Source of the DNA: Octopus sinensis
Lineage: Eukaryota
Assembly: GCF_006345805.1 (NCBI RefSeq)
Contig: NC_043010.1
Span: 47,864,001-47,928,000, forward strand
Direction of reading: 5' to 3'
Length of the DNA stretch: 64,000 bases
How positions within the stretch are numbered: position 1 is the first letter of the stretch; each line of letters starts with the position of its first letter. Position numbers and translations under genes: made by a program. Of the stretch, positions 1 through 11,540 are shown one piece after another. The notes beneath the pieces were generated by a model. It saw only the letters and a program-made list of their open reading frames with translations. It was not told the DNA's origin and made no database searches.

Positions 1-296
1 ATCTTACGCACCTGTGTGTGTGTCTGTTTTTTTTTTTCTTCCCAATATTTAGCAGAAGTAACAAATTGACTCAAGGTCCTAGAGTTTCATGTGTTGGTGC
101 TTATCAAACAGTTTCATAAGTGCCAGCGCACGAAAGTCTTGGGCTAGTTTGCTAAGTGCCAACACACGAAACTCTCAGAGCAGTTTGAGAAGTGTCAATG
201 CACAAAATTCTCAGACCTTGGATCACTCTGTTACTTCTAAATATTCATAAAAATATACATGTACTCATTTCTTGAGTTCTATTTTTCTTGTTTGCA

Positions 297-348
<52 letters not shown>

Positions 349-350
<2 letters not shown>

Positions 351-1192
351 AGGTCATTAAAAATGTAATGTCCGATTTTCTTATGCACCAAGTTTGACAG
401 TCATTAACTGTTTTATCCCGACAATTCTTTGTTTTACAACATTGAAGAGTTACATCACTTTTCGAAATGCAATTCATGGTGTCATCTTGAAACTTGCTTT
501 TCTTTGCTCTCATGGCGTAAAAGCAAAGCATTTTTGTATTGTATTGTTACGTGTAATGAAAACTAGCAACAATAGCAAGGATTCTGCATGGTGGTTGGAT
601 AGAGACGAAGTGCCAAAACACAATCCAAAAAAGAATATTCACCAATAAAAGCTAATGGTGTCTGTTTCGTGGTCCAGTGCTGGTGTCATCCACAACAGCT
701 TCATGAAACCTGGTAAGTCAATTACAGCAGATATATACATCAACCAATTGGGTGATATAATGAGTAAACTTGCAATTAAACAACTGAGATTAGTCAAGAG
801 ACAGGCCTACTCTCTTGCAAGACAATGCTTGACCACATGGTGCACAAAGAACGCTACTCAAGTTACAGGAGCTGAACTTGGAAGTACTTTGTCATCTACC
901 AATTTCACCAGACTTTGCACCAACTGACTATCATGTTTTCCAAGCATTAGACAACTTTTTGCAAGGAAAAAAAAGTTCAAATCTGAAGAAGATGCAAAAA
1001 CAGCCTTTCCTGAGTTCATCACCTCTTGCTTGCCAGAATTCTTCGCTGCTGGCATAAATAGGCATAAATAAGCTACTGATAAAATGGCAAAATTGTGTTG
1101 ATAATTTCGGTGCATACTTTCATTAACTGCAATGCTTTTTGTTGAGATAAAGTAAAATAAGGTTTCAATTCAAAATCAGACATTTGACCTGA
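349..1192 (+). mobile_element. Internally deleted, dead Tc1/mariner element
   Basis: Frameshifted mariner transposase C-terminal half (KLMVSVSWSSAGVIH...KPGKSITAD; PDFAPTDYH-like region; KWQNCVDNFGAYF). Degenerate TIR tcaggtca...aatgtccgatttt / aaaatcagacatttgacctga in TA-rich flanks. Confidence 0.85.
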
Positions 1193-1415
1193 TATATATA
1201 TAATTACATAAATATATACATGCATGCGTTTGTGTCTCCTTGTCTCAACATTGTGTGATAGTTGTAAAATGACTGTCACTGTCATACAAACAGTGTCATT
1301 CATTTCCAATACAATGCAAGAGCATGTCTGGCCATAGTGAATACATTACTTTGCTTGGTAACAGGTGTGGGCTGGCAACAGGAAAGGCATCTGGCCATAG
1401 AAAATCTGCCTGAAT

Positions 1416-1762
1416 AGGCATACGAGTGGCTGTGGTTCTGTCCCACTGCATGACACCTTGGACAAGTGTCTTCTACTATAGCCTCCGGCCGACCAAAGTC
1501 TTGTGAGTGGATATGGTATACGGAAACTGAAAGAAGCCCGTCGTATACATGTATATGTTTGTGTGCCTGTATTTGTCCCCCCAACATCGTTTGACAACCA
1601 ATGCTGGTGTGTTTGCGTCCCTGTAACTTACCAGTTCGGCAAAAGAGACCACTAGAATAAGTACAAGGCTTACAAAGAATAAGTCCTGGTGTCGATTTGC
1701 TCGACTAAAGGCAGTGCTCCAGCATGGCCACAGTCAAATGACTGAAACGAGTAAAAGAGTAA
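1416..1762 (+). mobile_element. tRNA-derived SINE, family A (abundant octopus-type SINE)
   Basis: Matches the intact copies at 52702 and 55297 (ccttgg(g/a)caagtgtcttctactatagcc ... gactgaaac(a/g)agtaaaag), with a deletion in the head. Confidence 0.8.
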
Positions 1763-3153
1763 ACTGTCTGACCCATGCAAAAGCATAGAAAAGTAGACAT
1801 TAAAATGATGACAAGCTTAAACTTTGAATTAATCAATGAAAACAACTAGGGTGAACACAGTTTGAAAAAATTCAATCACTTCATTAGCTAATGTAGTTGA
1901 TAATGAAAATACCAAAATAGCATCCATTCACAACTTGATTTAAAACAATCTTTTTGCAATTTTTATCTTTACAGAAGATGAATTTATTAAAGAAATGCAT
2001 TACACTTAAAAAAAAAAAAAAGGAAAAAAAAAAACCATACATGAATTTGAACTTTGATAGCTTGACATCAGTTGTTTGTAAACATTGAATAAATGTCATT
2101 TTAGCTCACTGTGAAAAATGGAAGCTTCAAGAATCACGTTATTCCAATCAAATTAAATGTTTAATTTTACGCTACAATCCACCACAATGCAATTAACAAA
2201 CATTGATTTTTTGCATATGGAATCAACCAATCAGTTTTGTAGAAATTTCATGCTAAATGGTTAGGTGTTTTGGAATGTTCAACAATTAAATGAAACCAAC
2301 TGTATAATATATATATATATGCATATGTATGTACACATATACAAACATAACATTTATAGAATCATATATATATATATCCTGTCCTCACAGCCCTGTTTGT
2401 CTGTATCACTTATCTGGTAGCCCCCACTACTCTATATATAACCAGGTTTTCACCACCATTCTTTAATCCTGCTTTTTTTGCAATATCCTGCCACTTATAT
2501 TATGACATTTGAACCTAAAGGATATGCCCTGGCACTTGCCACCATCTATATTTCTCTCTTCCTTTACTCAATCATCCCCCGTCCCTTGTGAATATGCCCA
2601 GCACTTTGCCACCATCTCTATCCTGCTATTTCCCACTCTCTCTCCTCCTGCAATGCCCTCAGGTTGGGTAACCATGTATCTCCTTTGCAGCAGCACACTA
2701 GTTTCTGTCTTCATTCTTGATCTCTCTCTCTCTCTCTCTCTCTGGCCAGGTAACCTTGTACCTCTTCTACAACAAGACACCTGTTTCTATCTGTCTCATC
2801 TGATACAAGCTCACCTCCTCCAATTGCCTCACAAAATATTTTTTTCTTGCAAGTTACTTGGTGACCATGTCAGTGCAGGTGCCACTTAAGAAGTATCCAG
2901 TCCACACTGTAAAGTGGTTGGCATCCAGCTGTAAAAACCTTGCCAAAACTGACCTTGCCTGTGCTTGTGACACGTAAAAAGCATGAATTCCATTCTGTTG
3001 AGTGGTTGGTGTTAGGAAGGGCATCCAATTGTAAAAATCCTTGCCAAAACAGCTACAGAAGACTGATGCAGGTTTCTGCTTGGCTAGCTCCTTTCAAACC
3101 ATTCCACCGATGCCGGCATGGAAGGCAGATGTTAAACAATGATATGTGGTAAT

Positions 3154-3546
3154 AGGTGCAGGCATGGTTGTGTGGGTAAGAAGCTTGTTAGCCAACCATG
3201 TGGTATTGGGTTCAATCTCACAGTGCAGCACTCTGGGCAAGTGTAATCCAATCACAAGGTTTTGGTCAGTCCTTTTATCACTGGGCTGACCAAAGCTTTG
3301 TGAGTGGATTTCATAAATGGAAACTGAATGAAACTCATCATCTGTCTGTATGTGTGTGTGTGTGTGTGTGTGTCACCATTGCTCAACAAATTGGTGTTGG
3401 TTCGTTTATGTCCCCATAACTTGGAAGTTTGGCAAAAGACACTAATAACGTGTACCAGGCTTCAAAGTACTAGGGTTAATTTGACTAAAACCTTCCAAGA
3501 CAGTATCTCAACATGGCAGCAATTCAAAGACTGAAACTCATAAAAG
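3154..3546 (+). mobile_element. tRNA-derived SINE, family A (diverged)
   Basis: Head aggtgcaggcatggttgtgtgggtaag, central (GT)n and tail similar to other family A copies. Confidence 0.75.
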
Positions 3547-4075
3547 TTCATTTTTTACATCCATTTTTCCAATGTAAACAAACACATGTATATGCACACA
3601 CACATACACACCATAAATGGGACAGCTTCGATACAACATTAACCCATCACATATGTGAAGATTTTAAGTTGTTAAAGCAGCCGATGATCATGTTGGTGCA
3701 TGATTTTAGTGTTTTAATTGTCTGATATACATCTCATTTCTACTGAAACTGTATCTCTTATTAAGATAAGAGATGTTACGTTCACTTGAAACCACAGTAT
3801 GCATAAATGATATCAAACATATTTGAAACTTGACAAATGCACATTGCATGAACTTGAACTTGGCTTAATGATTGAATAGCAGCAAGGTTAGTGATGAGTA
3901 TACCTCAGCCATTTTCTAATATGAAGGTGATTTCTAAGGTGAAAGTGTGGTTGTCTGGTAATAAGTTTTGCTTCCCAACCACATAGTTCTAGATTCAATT
4001 CTATCACATGGAACCTTAAGCAAGTGTCTTCTGCTACAGCCTAAGAATGACCAGTCTTAGTGGATTTGGTAAAAG

Positions 4076-4490
4076 ATTATTTACATTTGACAAGATTTGT
4101 CATCTTGCTTGTTAACACAACGTTTCAGCTGATATACCCTCCAGCCTTTATCAGGTGTCTTGGGGAAATTTCAAACTTGGGTTCTCATTCCTAAGGTATT
4201 TTTCAATATTATTATTAGGTCACTACTTGGAATCAAACTCGGAATCTTAGGGTTAGTAGCCGCACTCTTAACCACTACACCATATGCCCATGGACAATTA
4301 TGGGAGTGAACTTTAGGGCTTATAAATCTAATAATTTCCTATCCTTCCTTAATACCGGTTCCCATATGTTATTCAATCTGCACTCGGTCTGCTTAGGAGT
4401 TTGTTGTGTCCAAGCATATGTGCTGCTTCTTTTAGTTTTCATATTTTCCAGTGGTGTTCTCTGTCTATTATTTTAACTGCATCCACAGGG
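4076..4490 (-). mobile_element. 5'-truncated Penelope-like element end: GIY-YIG C-terminus + tRNA-like segment + hammerhead-bearing terminus
   Basis: Minus frame DAVKIIDREHHWKI*KLKEAAHMLGHNKLLSRPS resembles a PLE GIY-YIG C-terminus. It is followed by a tRNA-like head (4289-4217), (AAT)n and a hammerhead motif (4159-4114). Confidence 0.7.
4114..4159 (-). ncRNA. Minimal type I hammerhead ribozyme motif (core variant CUGAUAA)
   Basis: gacac-CTGATAA-a-ggctg/cagct-GAAAC-GT-T-gtgtt. Stem I gacac/gtgtt; palindromic AACGTT stem III. Confidence 0.55.
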
Positions 4491-4697
4491 GATTCCAAGC
4501 AGTGACCTGAATAATAATAATGATAATATCGAAAAATACCTTAGGAATGAGAACCCAAGTTTGAAATTTCTCCAAGACACCTGATGAAGGCTGGAGGGTA
4601 TATCAGCCGAAATGTTGTGTTAACAACAAACAAGATGAGGACAAATATCAGTCAAATGTAAATAATGCACATAATTCCTCATCTCTTAAATATAGAA
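4491..4697 (+). repeat. Inverted copy of the Penelope terminal repeat (pLTR-like)
   Basis: 4491-4666 is the reverse complement of about 4076-4234, with a few substitutions and indels. Confidence 0.85.
4576..4621 (+). ncRNA. Minimal type I hammerhead ribozyme motif
   Basis: gacac-CTGATGA-a-ggctg(gagggtatat)cagcc-GAAAT-GT-T-gtgtt. Stems I and II pair. Confidence 0.65.
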
Positions 4698-4734
4698 TGA
4701 AAGGTAAAAGATGTTCATTGTGTGTGTGTCAGCA

Positions 4735-4935
4735 GCATCATTTAACATTTATTTCCCATGCTGGCATGGATTGGATGGTTTGACAGGAGCCGGTCAGCCA
4801 GAGAGCTGCCCAAGTTCCAACTGTCTGTTTTGGCGTGGCTTCTACAGCTGGATACCCTTCCTAATGCCAACCACTTTACAGAGAGTACTGGGTGTTTTTA
4901 CGTAGCTCAGCACAGATGCTGCTACATGGCACCAG
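4735..4935 (-). mobile_element. 3' end fragment of RTE LINE (GAT/ATC tail)
   Basis: tttaacatttatttcccatgctggcatgg...ggatacccttcctaatgccaacc matches the 3' terminus of the RTE at 27401. Confidence 0.7.
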
Positions 4936-5035
4936 CACATATATACACACACGTACATACATATAATTATACATACACACATATATACATACACATGTAT
5001 ATACATACAGCACAAGTATATACATACAGCACAAG

Positions 5036-5100
<65 letters not shown>

Positions 5101-5407
5101 ATATATGCAGGAATGGGGGTGTGTACGTGCGTGTTCCTGTCTCCTTGCTTGGACATCAAATGATAGTTTAAATAAATGTTACTGTCATGCAAGCAATGTC
5201 CTTCATTTCCAATCTTCCAAAAAAACATGTCTGGTCATGGAAACACATCACCTAACTTAGAAACAAGTGAGGAAGTGCAACTAGTGTTAAAAAATCCACC
5301 TCAAAAAAATTCCTTCCATTCCCTGCAAGCATGGAAATAGTGGACATTGAAATGATGATGTGATGAATTAAAATTGTAATTTACTGTCTAGTTTAAAAAG
5401 AAAATAA

Positions 5408-6372
5408 ACAAGTGCACTCAGAGCACAAACCTCTGCCAAGGCAACACCAATATCTTCTCAATGATTAGCCGATGATTTTTAAAATGAGAATATCTGAAAT
5501 AAACTGAACTGCTCTCACAAACAAGAATACTAAAAATGAACCTGACCATGCTCAAAAATTAAGTATAAAAAAACAGAAAAATAATCTAGAATCCTTGCTT
5601 GATACCTGATCGATCCCAATGGTAGCCATGGAATGTGAAGGTGGGTGTGTGGGCCATGTTTGTAATGATCTGCAGTGGGAATAGGGACAGTTTTCTCTAT
5701 GAAAGCCTTTTTTAGTCTATCCACTGATATAGTGTCTTCGAAAAATTTATCTGTGCATGAAAGAAAATGGGAAGGACCTGCATACGGTGCTGTTAACAGA
5801 GGTTTAACAACATTGTTGCACACAAAAACGAGAGTCCAAGAAGTAAAGCTTTTAAACAGGAGCGATATATTCAAAATTGGCAAAGCTAAACATTGTCGGG
5901 GATAAATTAAACTTATTATTGTTACTGAATATGTTAATGTTATTTAATTTCTGAACAGTTTTGCTGCCGTTTGTTTATGTAGTTTGATTTCTTTATCCAT
6001 CAGTTTCTACTAAGATAGAGACACGAGTAAAATTAATAATAGAGAAATGAAAATAAAACTGTGGAAATAGCAACGCTGCCATAACTTATGTGGAAACCGT
6101 GAGCGTGCTTTCAAGGGAATTCAGAGAAAGTCTTGAAAGTCGATGTTAAGATTGTAATACTTCATGTAAAATTAGTAATTGTAACAAATAATCCAAAATC
6201 CTTGTCCGGTACCGGATCAATCCCAAAATCTAATCAGTCCATACCAGCCACAAGGCCAAACATCGCTGAAAGTTTCATACGAATCTATCCAGCAGTTCTT
6301 GAGATAGCTTGTCCACGGACAAACAAACACGACTGAAAACAATACCACCACCTTCGCTAAGGCGGAGGTAAT
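5408..6372. mobile_element. Helentron-associated (HINE-like) non-autonomous element
   Basis: Left end gcactcagagcacaaacctctgccaaggc; right end accttcgc-taag-gcggaggt-aat (8-bp hairpin). Short subterminal inverted repeat acctctgcc/ggcggaggt. Classification is recalled, not verified. Confidence 0.45.
5606..5885 (-). CDS. Possible orphan coding exon or captured gene fragment, product unknown
   Basis: Non-repetitive open frame (SWTLVFVCNNVVKPLL...HGPHTHLHIPWLPLGSIR) with candidate acceptor tttag and donor AG|gtatca. No homology recognised. Confidence 0.25.
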
Positions 6373-7104
6373 AAAAAGCTGTGAAGACACAAACTTATAC
6401 AAGTGCTAGCATTCACACTGAAATTATTCATTCCTCATATATGGATGTATACTCAGACCAAAACACTGTACTGCTGGTGTGTTTACATCCCTGTAATTTA
6501 GTGGTTCAGCAAAAGAGTACCAAGCTTAAAATAATAAAAAGTACTGGGGTTGATTAATTCAACTTAAATTCAAGGCAGTGCCCCAGCATGGCCACAGTCT
6601 AATGACTGAAACAAGTAAAATAAAAAAATAGGCAGGCAATTAATTTTGAGGACAGAAAGAGTCAATCAACTCAGCACTCAACTTGTACGGACAAAACACT
6701 GACTTTCCAGATACCAATGGTCCAGGACCCCCTTATAATCCGTGCTAATTAATGAGAATGAACTTGAAATCCACACAACTACCAGACTAGTTTACTAGTA
6801 CCTTGCATTGTACACTTAATAAACTTGCACCAATGTACAGGTACCTGTATTTCATTTAAGTGTATTGATCAAGGTGACACCTTGATTCAGAAAAATCAGT
6901 TAGCCAGAAGGGCTTTGAACCCAAAGGTTCCAGAAAATCAATGTTGTATCTGTACTTGGTTCTATTAATTTTGGGATAACGAGGGATTAAGAGAACTTCA
7001 GCTGGATTTAAACTCAGAACATAACTCTCTAAATACTATGTAATATTTGGCTAAATGCTCTACCAATTCTATAAATGCACTGACCTACATAAATATTCTT
7101 TTAC

Positions 7105-7277
7105 TTGTTCCAGTCATTTGATTGTGGCCATGCTGGAGCACCACCTTTTAGTCAAAATCAACCACAGGATTTATTGTTTGCAATCCTAGTACTTATTCTA
7201 TCAGTCTTTTTGCCGAACCACGCTAAGTTATAGGGACATAAACACACCAACACTGGTTGTCAAGCAATGGTGGGGGG

Positions 7278-7308
<31 letters not shown>

Positions 7309-7455
7309 GCGGGCTTCTTTCACTTTCCATCTACCAAATTCACTCACAAGGCTTTAGTAGAAGCTGCTTGCCCAAGGTGCCATGCAGTAGGACTGAACCT
7401 GGAACTATGTGGTTGAGAAGCAAGCTTCTTACTACACAGCCATACTTGCACCTGT
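7105..7455 (-). mobile_element. tRNA-derived SINE, family A
   Basis: Reverse complement of the family A head and tail. Confidence 0.8.
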
Positions 7456-8000
7456 GATTTTTTTTTATAAGTATAAAGGCTCAGATTTATATGAAATGGC
7501 TAATAAAATTGTGATGTCCATGCCTTTCCCAAAAAGCAATGAAAATCAAAACCTGTATCACAAATTTGCCTCACCATACAATTAACACCACCATACCCCA
7601 GCCAGTTACATATGCCAGTTTTTGGTTCACCATGCACTTAGCACTATAGCCTTGCCAGTCCTTCACTCCAGAGTAATGCTATCATAACCACACTTAAATG
7701 ACTGTGTAGTTTAGATATTAAAAACGAAAAGACAAAGTTAAAACAGGTTTGCAGAGATTTTTTTTTCTCCAAGTTCAATCAAAAGTGATAGAAATTTTTA
7801 GTATATTTAAGATTTGATGGGGGCTGAGATGTTGATTTATGGGGATATTCGATTAAATGAATCTAATGTCACAGATTTCCTACGTGCCTTACATGCCTTG
7901 AGAAGTATGCAGCTTAACCATTCGGATACCAACCTGTCTGAAATAGCCCCTAGTTAAACGTCATGTTTTCAAATGATCTAAATAAAAACTTTCCCCTTAA

Positions 8001-8214
8001 CCCTTTTGTTACTGTATTTATTTTGAGATGCTCTGTGTTTCTTTCAATTACTTTAAATATAACAAAGAATTTAGTAAAATAACTTAGTTATCATTCAGCT
8101 AGTGTTAGGAACATAAATCGTGACTAAGGTTTGGTGGAAGATTTTAATTCAAAACTTATGAAAACAAGACATTTGTACCTAGAGCCGGTTTCAGCCGGGT
8201 TGGTAACGAAAGGG
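8001..8214 (+). mobile_element. piggyBac-like MITE (TTAA TSD), copy 1
   Basis: TTAA|cccttttgttac ... gtaacgaaaggg|TTAA. Near-identical to 10566-10786 and 58357-58565. Confidence 0.85.
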
Positions 8215-8894
8215 TTAAAATTTCATACTGTTTCAAACACCAGCTATTTTGCATTATATCCAAAATTCATTGACACAAAAGCAGTGTATTTCAACAGAAT
8301 ATTGTTACAAACAGGCTACAAAGAAACAAGAGTATAGCTGGCTAACTTGAATGCCACTATAAAATAGAAATTCTCTAAGCAGTTTTGCTTGTCCTATCAA
8401 AAATAGCAGCTAAATAACACCTTACCTAACAAAACTAATGGGGCAATGTGGTTCAAGATTCACATTCTTCAGAAAATGACAGGATGATCAAAGGTCTGTC
8501 TAACCATGTCAGACCTGGGGCTAAACAACAACTTCATAATAGACCAACCTGTCAAACAACAATGTACTTATAATAGGATCAGTATATCTTAGCCCATCCT
8601 TAACAGTTTTTATAGCACCCTGAGGATATTTTTATCCTTTTATGTATTCACTTTAAATGTTCTCATGTAAACTGAGGCATTATGCCTACATAAAAAGCAC
8701 AGCATTTAATGAAAAAAGATGATGTATAGTGACAGGACATCATAAAAAAGTATTCATCAGTATTTACTTATCAAGTTCCATGTATCAATAAATATAGAAG
8801 ATATATGTATCAATAAATTTAGAAACATTCACAATACAGAACTTCATTCAATATGTAGCAACTGACAAAGACAGCAAGCTAGCAGACACATTAG

Positions 8895-9075
8895 TACACC
8901 AGGCAGAATGCTTAGTGGCATTTCGTTTGTCTTTACGTTCTGAGTTCAGATTCTGCCAAGGCCAGCTTTGCCTTTTGTCCTTCCGGAACCAGCTGAACAC
9001 TGGGAGTGATGTAATCAACTAGCCCCCTTCCCCAAACTTGCTGGCCTTGTGCCAAAATTTGAAACCTAAGCTGTA
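8895..9075 (+). mobile_element. tRNA-derived SINE, family M
   Basis: ttacgttctgagttcagattctgccaagg...cctttt matches the copies at 39493. Confidence 0.65.
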
Positions 9076-9384
9076 AATGACAGTTCTTCATAAAGGACAC
9101 CCTGTGATAACTTGCAAATGGACATAGCACAAGCAGACAACCTATTGTGGGAGTTTCCATTTTGCTCACTTGACCTGCTAGAAATAGCACCCAAATCTTC
9201 AAAGGTTTTTATTTGTCTAACACAGTGATTTATGCATACACAATCAGCATCCACAAGACTTCAGTCTCATTGAGTTTCTTTCATCAACCAGAAGTCATAA
9301 TTGAAGACACATGCCTAAAGTATTGCAAAGGGCGAATAAACCCAAAACCACATTGATGAAAAGTGAACTTTTTAATCATATGAC

Positions 9385-9577
9385 CATGCCTACATCATCA
9401 TTTAACATCAGTTTTCCATGCTGGTATGGATTAGACGGTTTGACTAGAGCTGGTAAGACCAGGGGCTGCACCAGGATCCATTGCTTGTCCTGGCATGATT
9501 TCTACGGCTCAGTGCCCTTCCTAATGCCAACCACTCCACAGAGTGTACTAGGTGCTTTTTCTGTGGCACCAGCATGA
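9385..9577 (-). mobile_element. 3' end fragment of RTE LINE
   Basis: catcatcatttaacatcagttttccatgctggtatgg..., same terminus as 27401. Confidence 0.7.
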
Positions 9578-9594
9578 TTATATATATATATATA

Positions 9595-9735
9595 TTCTCT
9601 CCTTGTTTCTTTCTGTGGAAGAGCGTAGGCTCGAAACATTAAAAACTTTTTCACTTCCCGAGCGTTAAACTAATATATCTGTTTGTTGTCTACACCACCT
9701 GACTTCGTCTTTTGTTTTTTTGTGAATTTTCCCCT
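9595..9735 (+). repeat. Penelope-type terminal repeat with degenerate hammerhead
   Basis: CTGTGGA-a-gagc(gtag)gctc-GAAAC (9613-9637). Confidence 0.45.
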
Positions 9736-10565
9736 ATATATATATATATACACACACACACACATCAGCAATTGAGTACCCAAAACAATGAAGCCATTTC
9801 ATAAATTTCATAAGACAAAACAAACACTACATGCAGAAAAAACATGAAAAATTGGGGCAGGGGACTTTCTTTTCTTCTTAAAAATTTAGTAAATCTCTCT
9901 CCACCCAAAAAAAAAAAAAAATAACTCACTCTCTCTCTCTCTAAATTGACAAAGTGAAAAATATAGAAATATAAGTCACAAAGAATCCCCAAATGCAAAA
10001 CTGAATATTGAAAGGAAGGGAGTAACTGAAATATGCAAACAATTTTTCTCCATTCACTTCTGAGAAAAAATTTCAAGGCAGTGATAAAAGCATTTAGAAT
10101 TAGGACCTGAATTGCATTGTGAGATGCGAAACATCACTCCTTTTGCCATACAGTGGAAGGAAAGGGAAGGAAGAAATACCTTGCTTAATCCTGAAACACT
10201 TTCCTAGATGTAAATGGAGAAAGGCTAGAAGACTGACAATTACAAAGTTGGTCTTACTCATGAATTTATTTTTTTTTACCCCATGGAAATTGCTTACAAA
10301 TAACAATAGATTTTATTTTCACGATAAAAACTCTTGTAAAAAGAAGGAATACAGTTGGTTGAAAGAAAACCGCCTGCATTTTATTGGAGATATTTTATAA
10401 ACTACGGAAAGTTAGAAAAGATATGAAAATAAGAATCAGTTCCATGCATTATATTGTTAAAATGTATTTCTATTTCCTGTATTTATATTAAGAAGAGAAA
10501 AAAATTGCCTTCTCTTTGCAAATACAATATTGAGAACCAAAATTTTTGTAGCCTTGACACTTTAA

Positions 10566-10786
10566 CTCTTTCGTTACTGTATTTATTGTGAGATGCTCTG
10601 TGTTTCTTTCAATTACTTTAAATATAACAAAGAATTTAGTAAAATAACTTCATTATCATTAAGCTAGTGTTAGGAACATAAATTGTGACTAAGGTTTGGT
10701 GAAAGATTTTAATTCAAAACTTTTGAAAACAAGACATTTGTACTACAGAGTCAGAGCCGATTTCAGCCGGGTTGGTAACAAAAGGG
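10566..10786 (+). mobile_element. piggyBac-like MITE (TTAA TSD), copy 2
   Basis: TTAA|ctctttcgttac ... gtaacaaaaggg|TTAA. Confidence 0.85.
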
Positions 10787-11149
10787 TTAAAGAGCTGAAA
10801 TGGATATGCTAGCAAAGACTGACGTTGGATCTTGGTGACACTAGGGAGTAAGTTACAATACTTTCTCATTAACAAGACAAAATGATGGCCAGGTGAATAA
10901 GAATATTCAGGTGTTTTACGTTCAAATCCACCACATGAATTTCATTATTTAACTGTATATGGTCGAGACTAACAAACTTACACAAAAAACTGTCAACAGG
11001 ACATATATAAATAACGCCTCTACTTTTCATAACTTCCAAGGAGATATTAAGGACACGAGAATCACTGAAAATAAAAAACTGTCATGTACTTCTTTCTGTG
11101 AGGAACTTAGTCATAACAGTGTCTACCATACAAACCTTATAATGGTTAC

Positions 11150-11540
11150 CTGTGTGTTGGAAATAAAAGATTTGATTATCTGACTGGACTTCCAAACAAG
11201 GAACAGGTTTTCTTCCCGAACTGACTTTCTCACTATGTCTGTCCCCATTTTCACTTGGCAGTGATTTGGTTTAAAAAGAAAGTTAGCAGCTATTGGGATA
11301 CACACTATCAGAAAGAAATGCTGGAGAGAAGCAATTGTCAGATCCAGGCTAAATCCACTTTGCCTCACCTCCGGGGGACCGCCAATAATACATATGACTA
11401 CAAGAACAGACAGGACAACTGAGGCAATGTAACATGCTACACTACATCTGGCACAATGAACTAATGCATGCTGGTGGGTGATCCAGGAATAGACTACAGT
11501 ACTGGATCCATGTATTACAACTAGATATTCGACCAGCAAC
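11150..11540 (-). CDS. Putative internal exon of an unidentified multi-pass membrane protein
   Basis: 130-codon non-repetitive frame with two strongly hydrophobic stretches (CSVACYIASVVLSVLVVICIIGG; LTIASLQHFFLIVCIPIAANFLF). Acceptor cacttag|G, donor CAG|gtaacc. No family recognised. Confidence 0.45.

Noticed and set aside
7810-7955. Short open frames on both strands with splice-like sites
   Set aside because: Under 50 codons, no recognisable homology, frame ambiguous.
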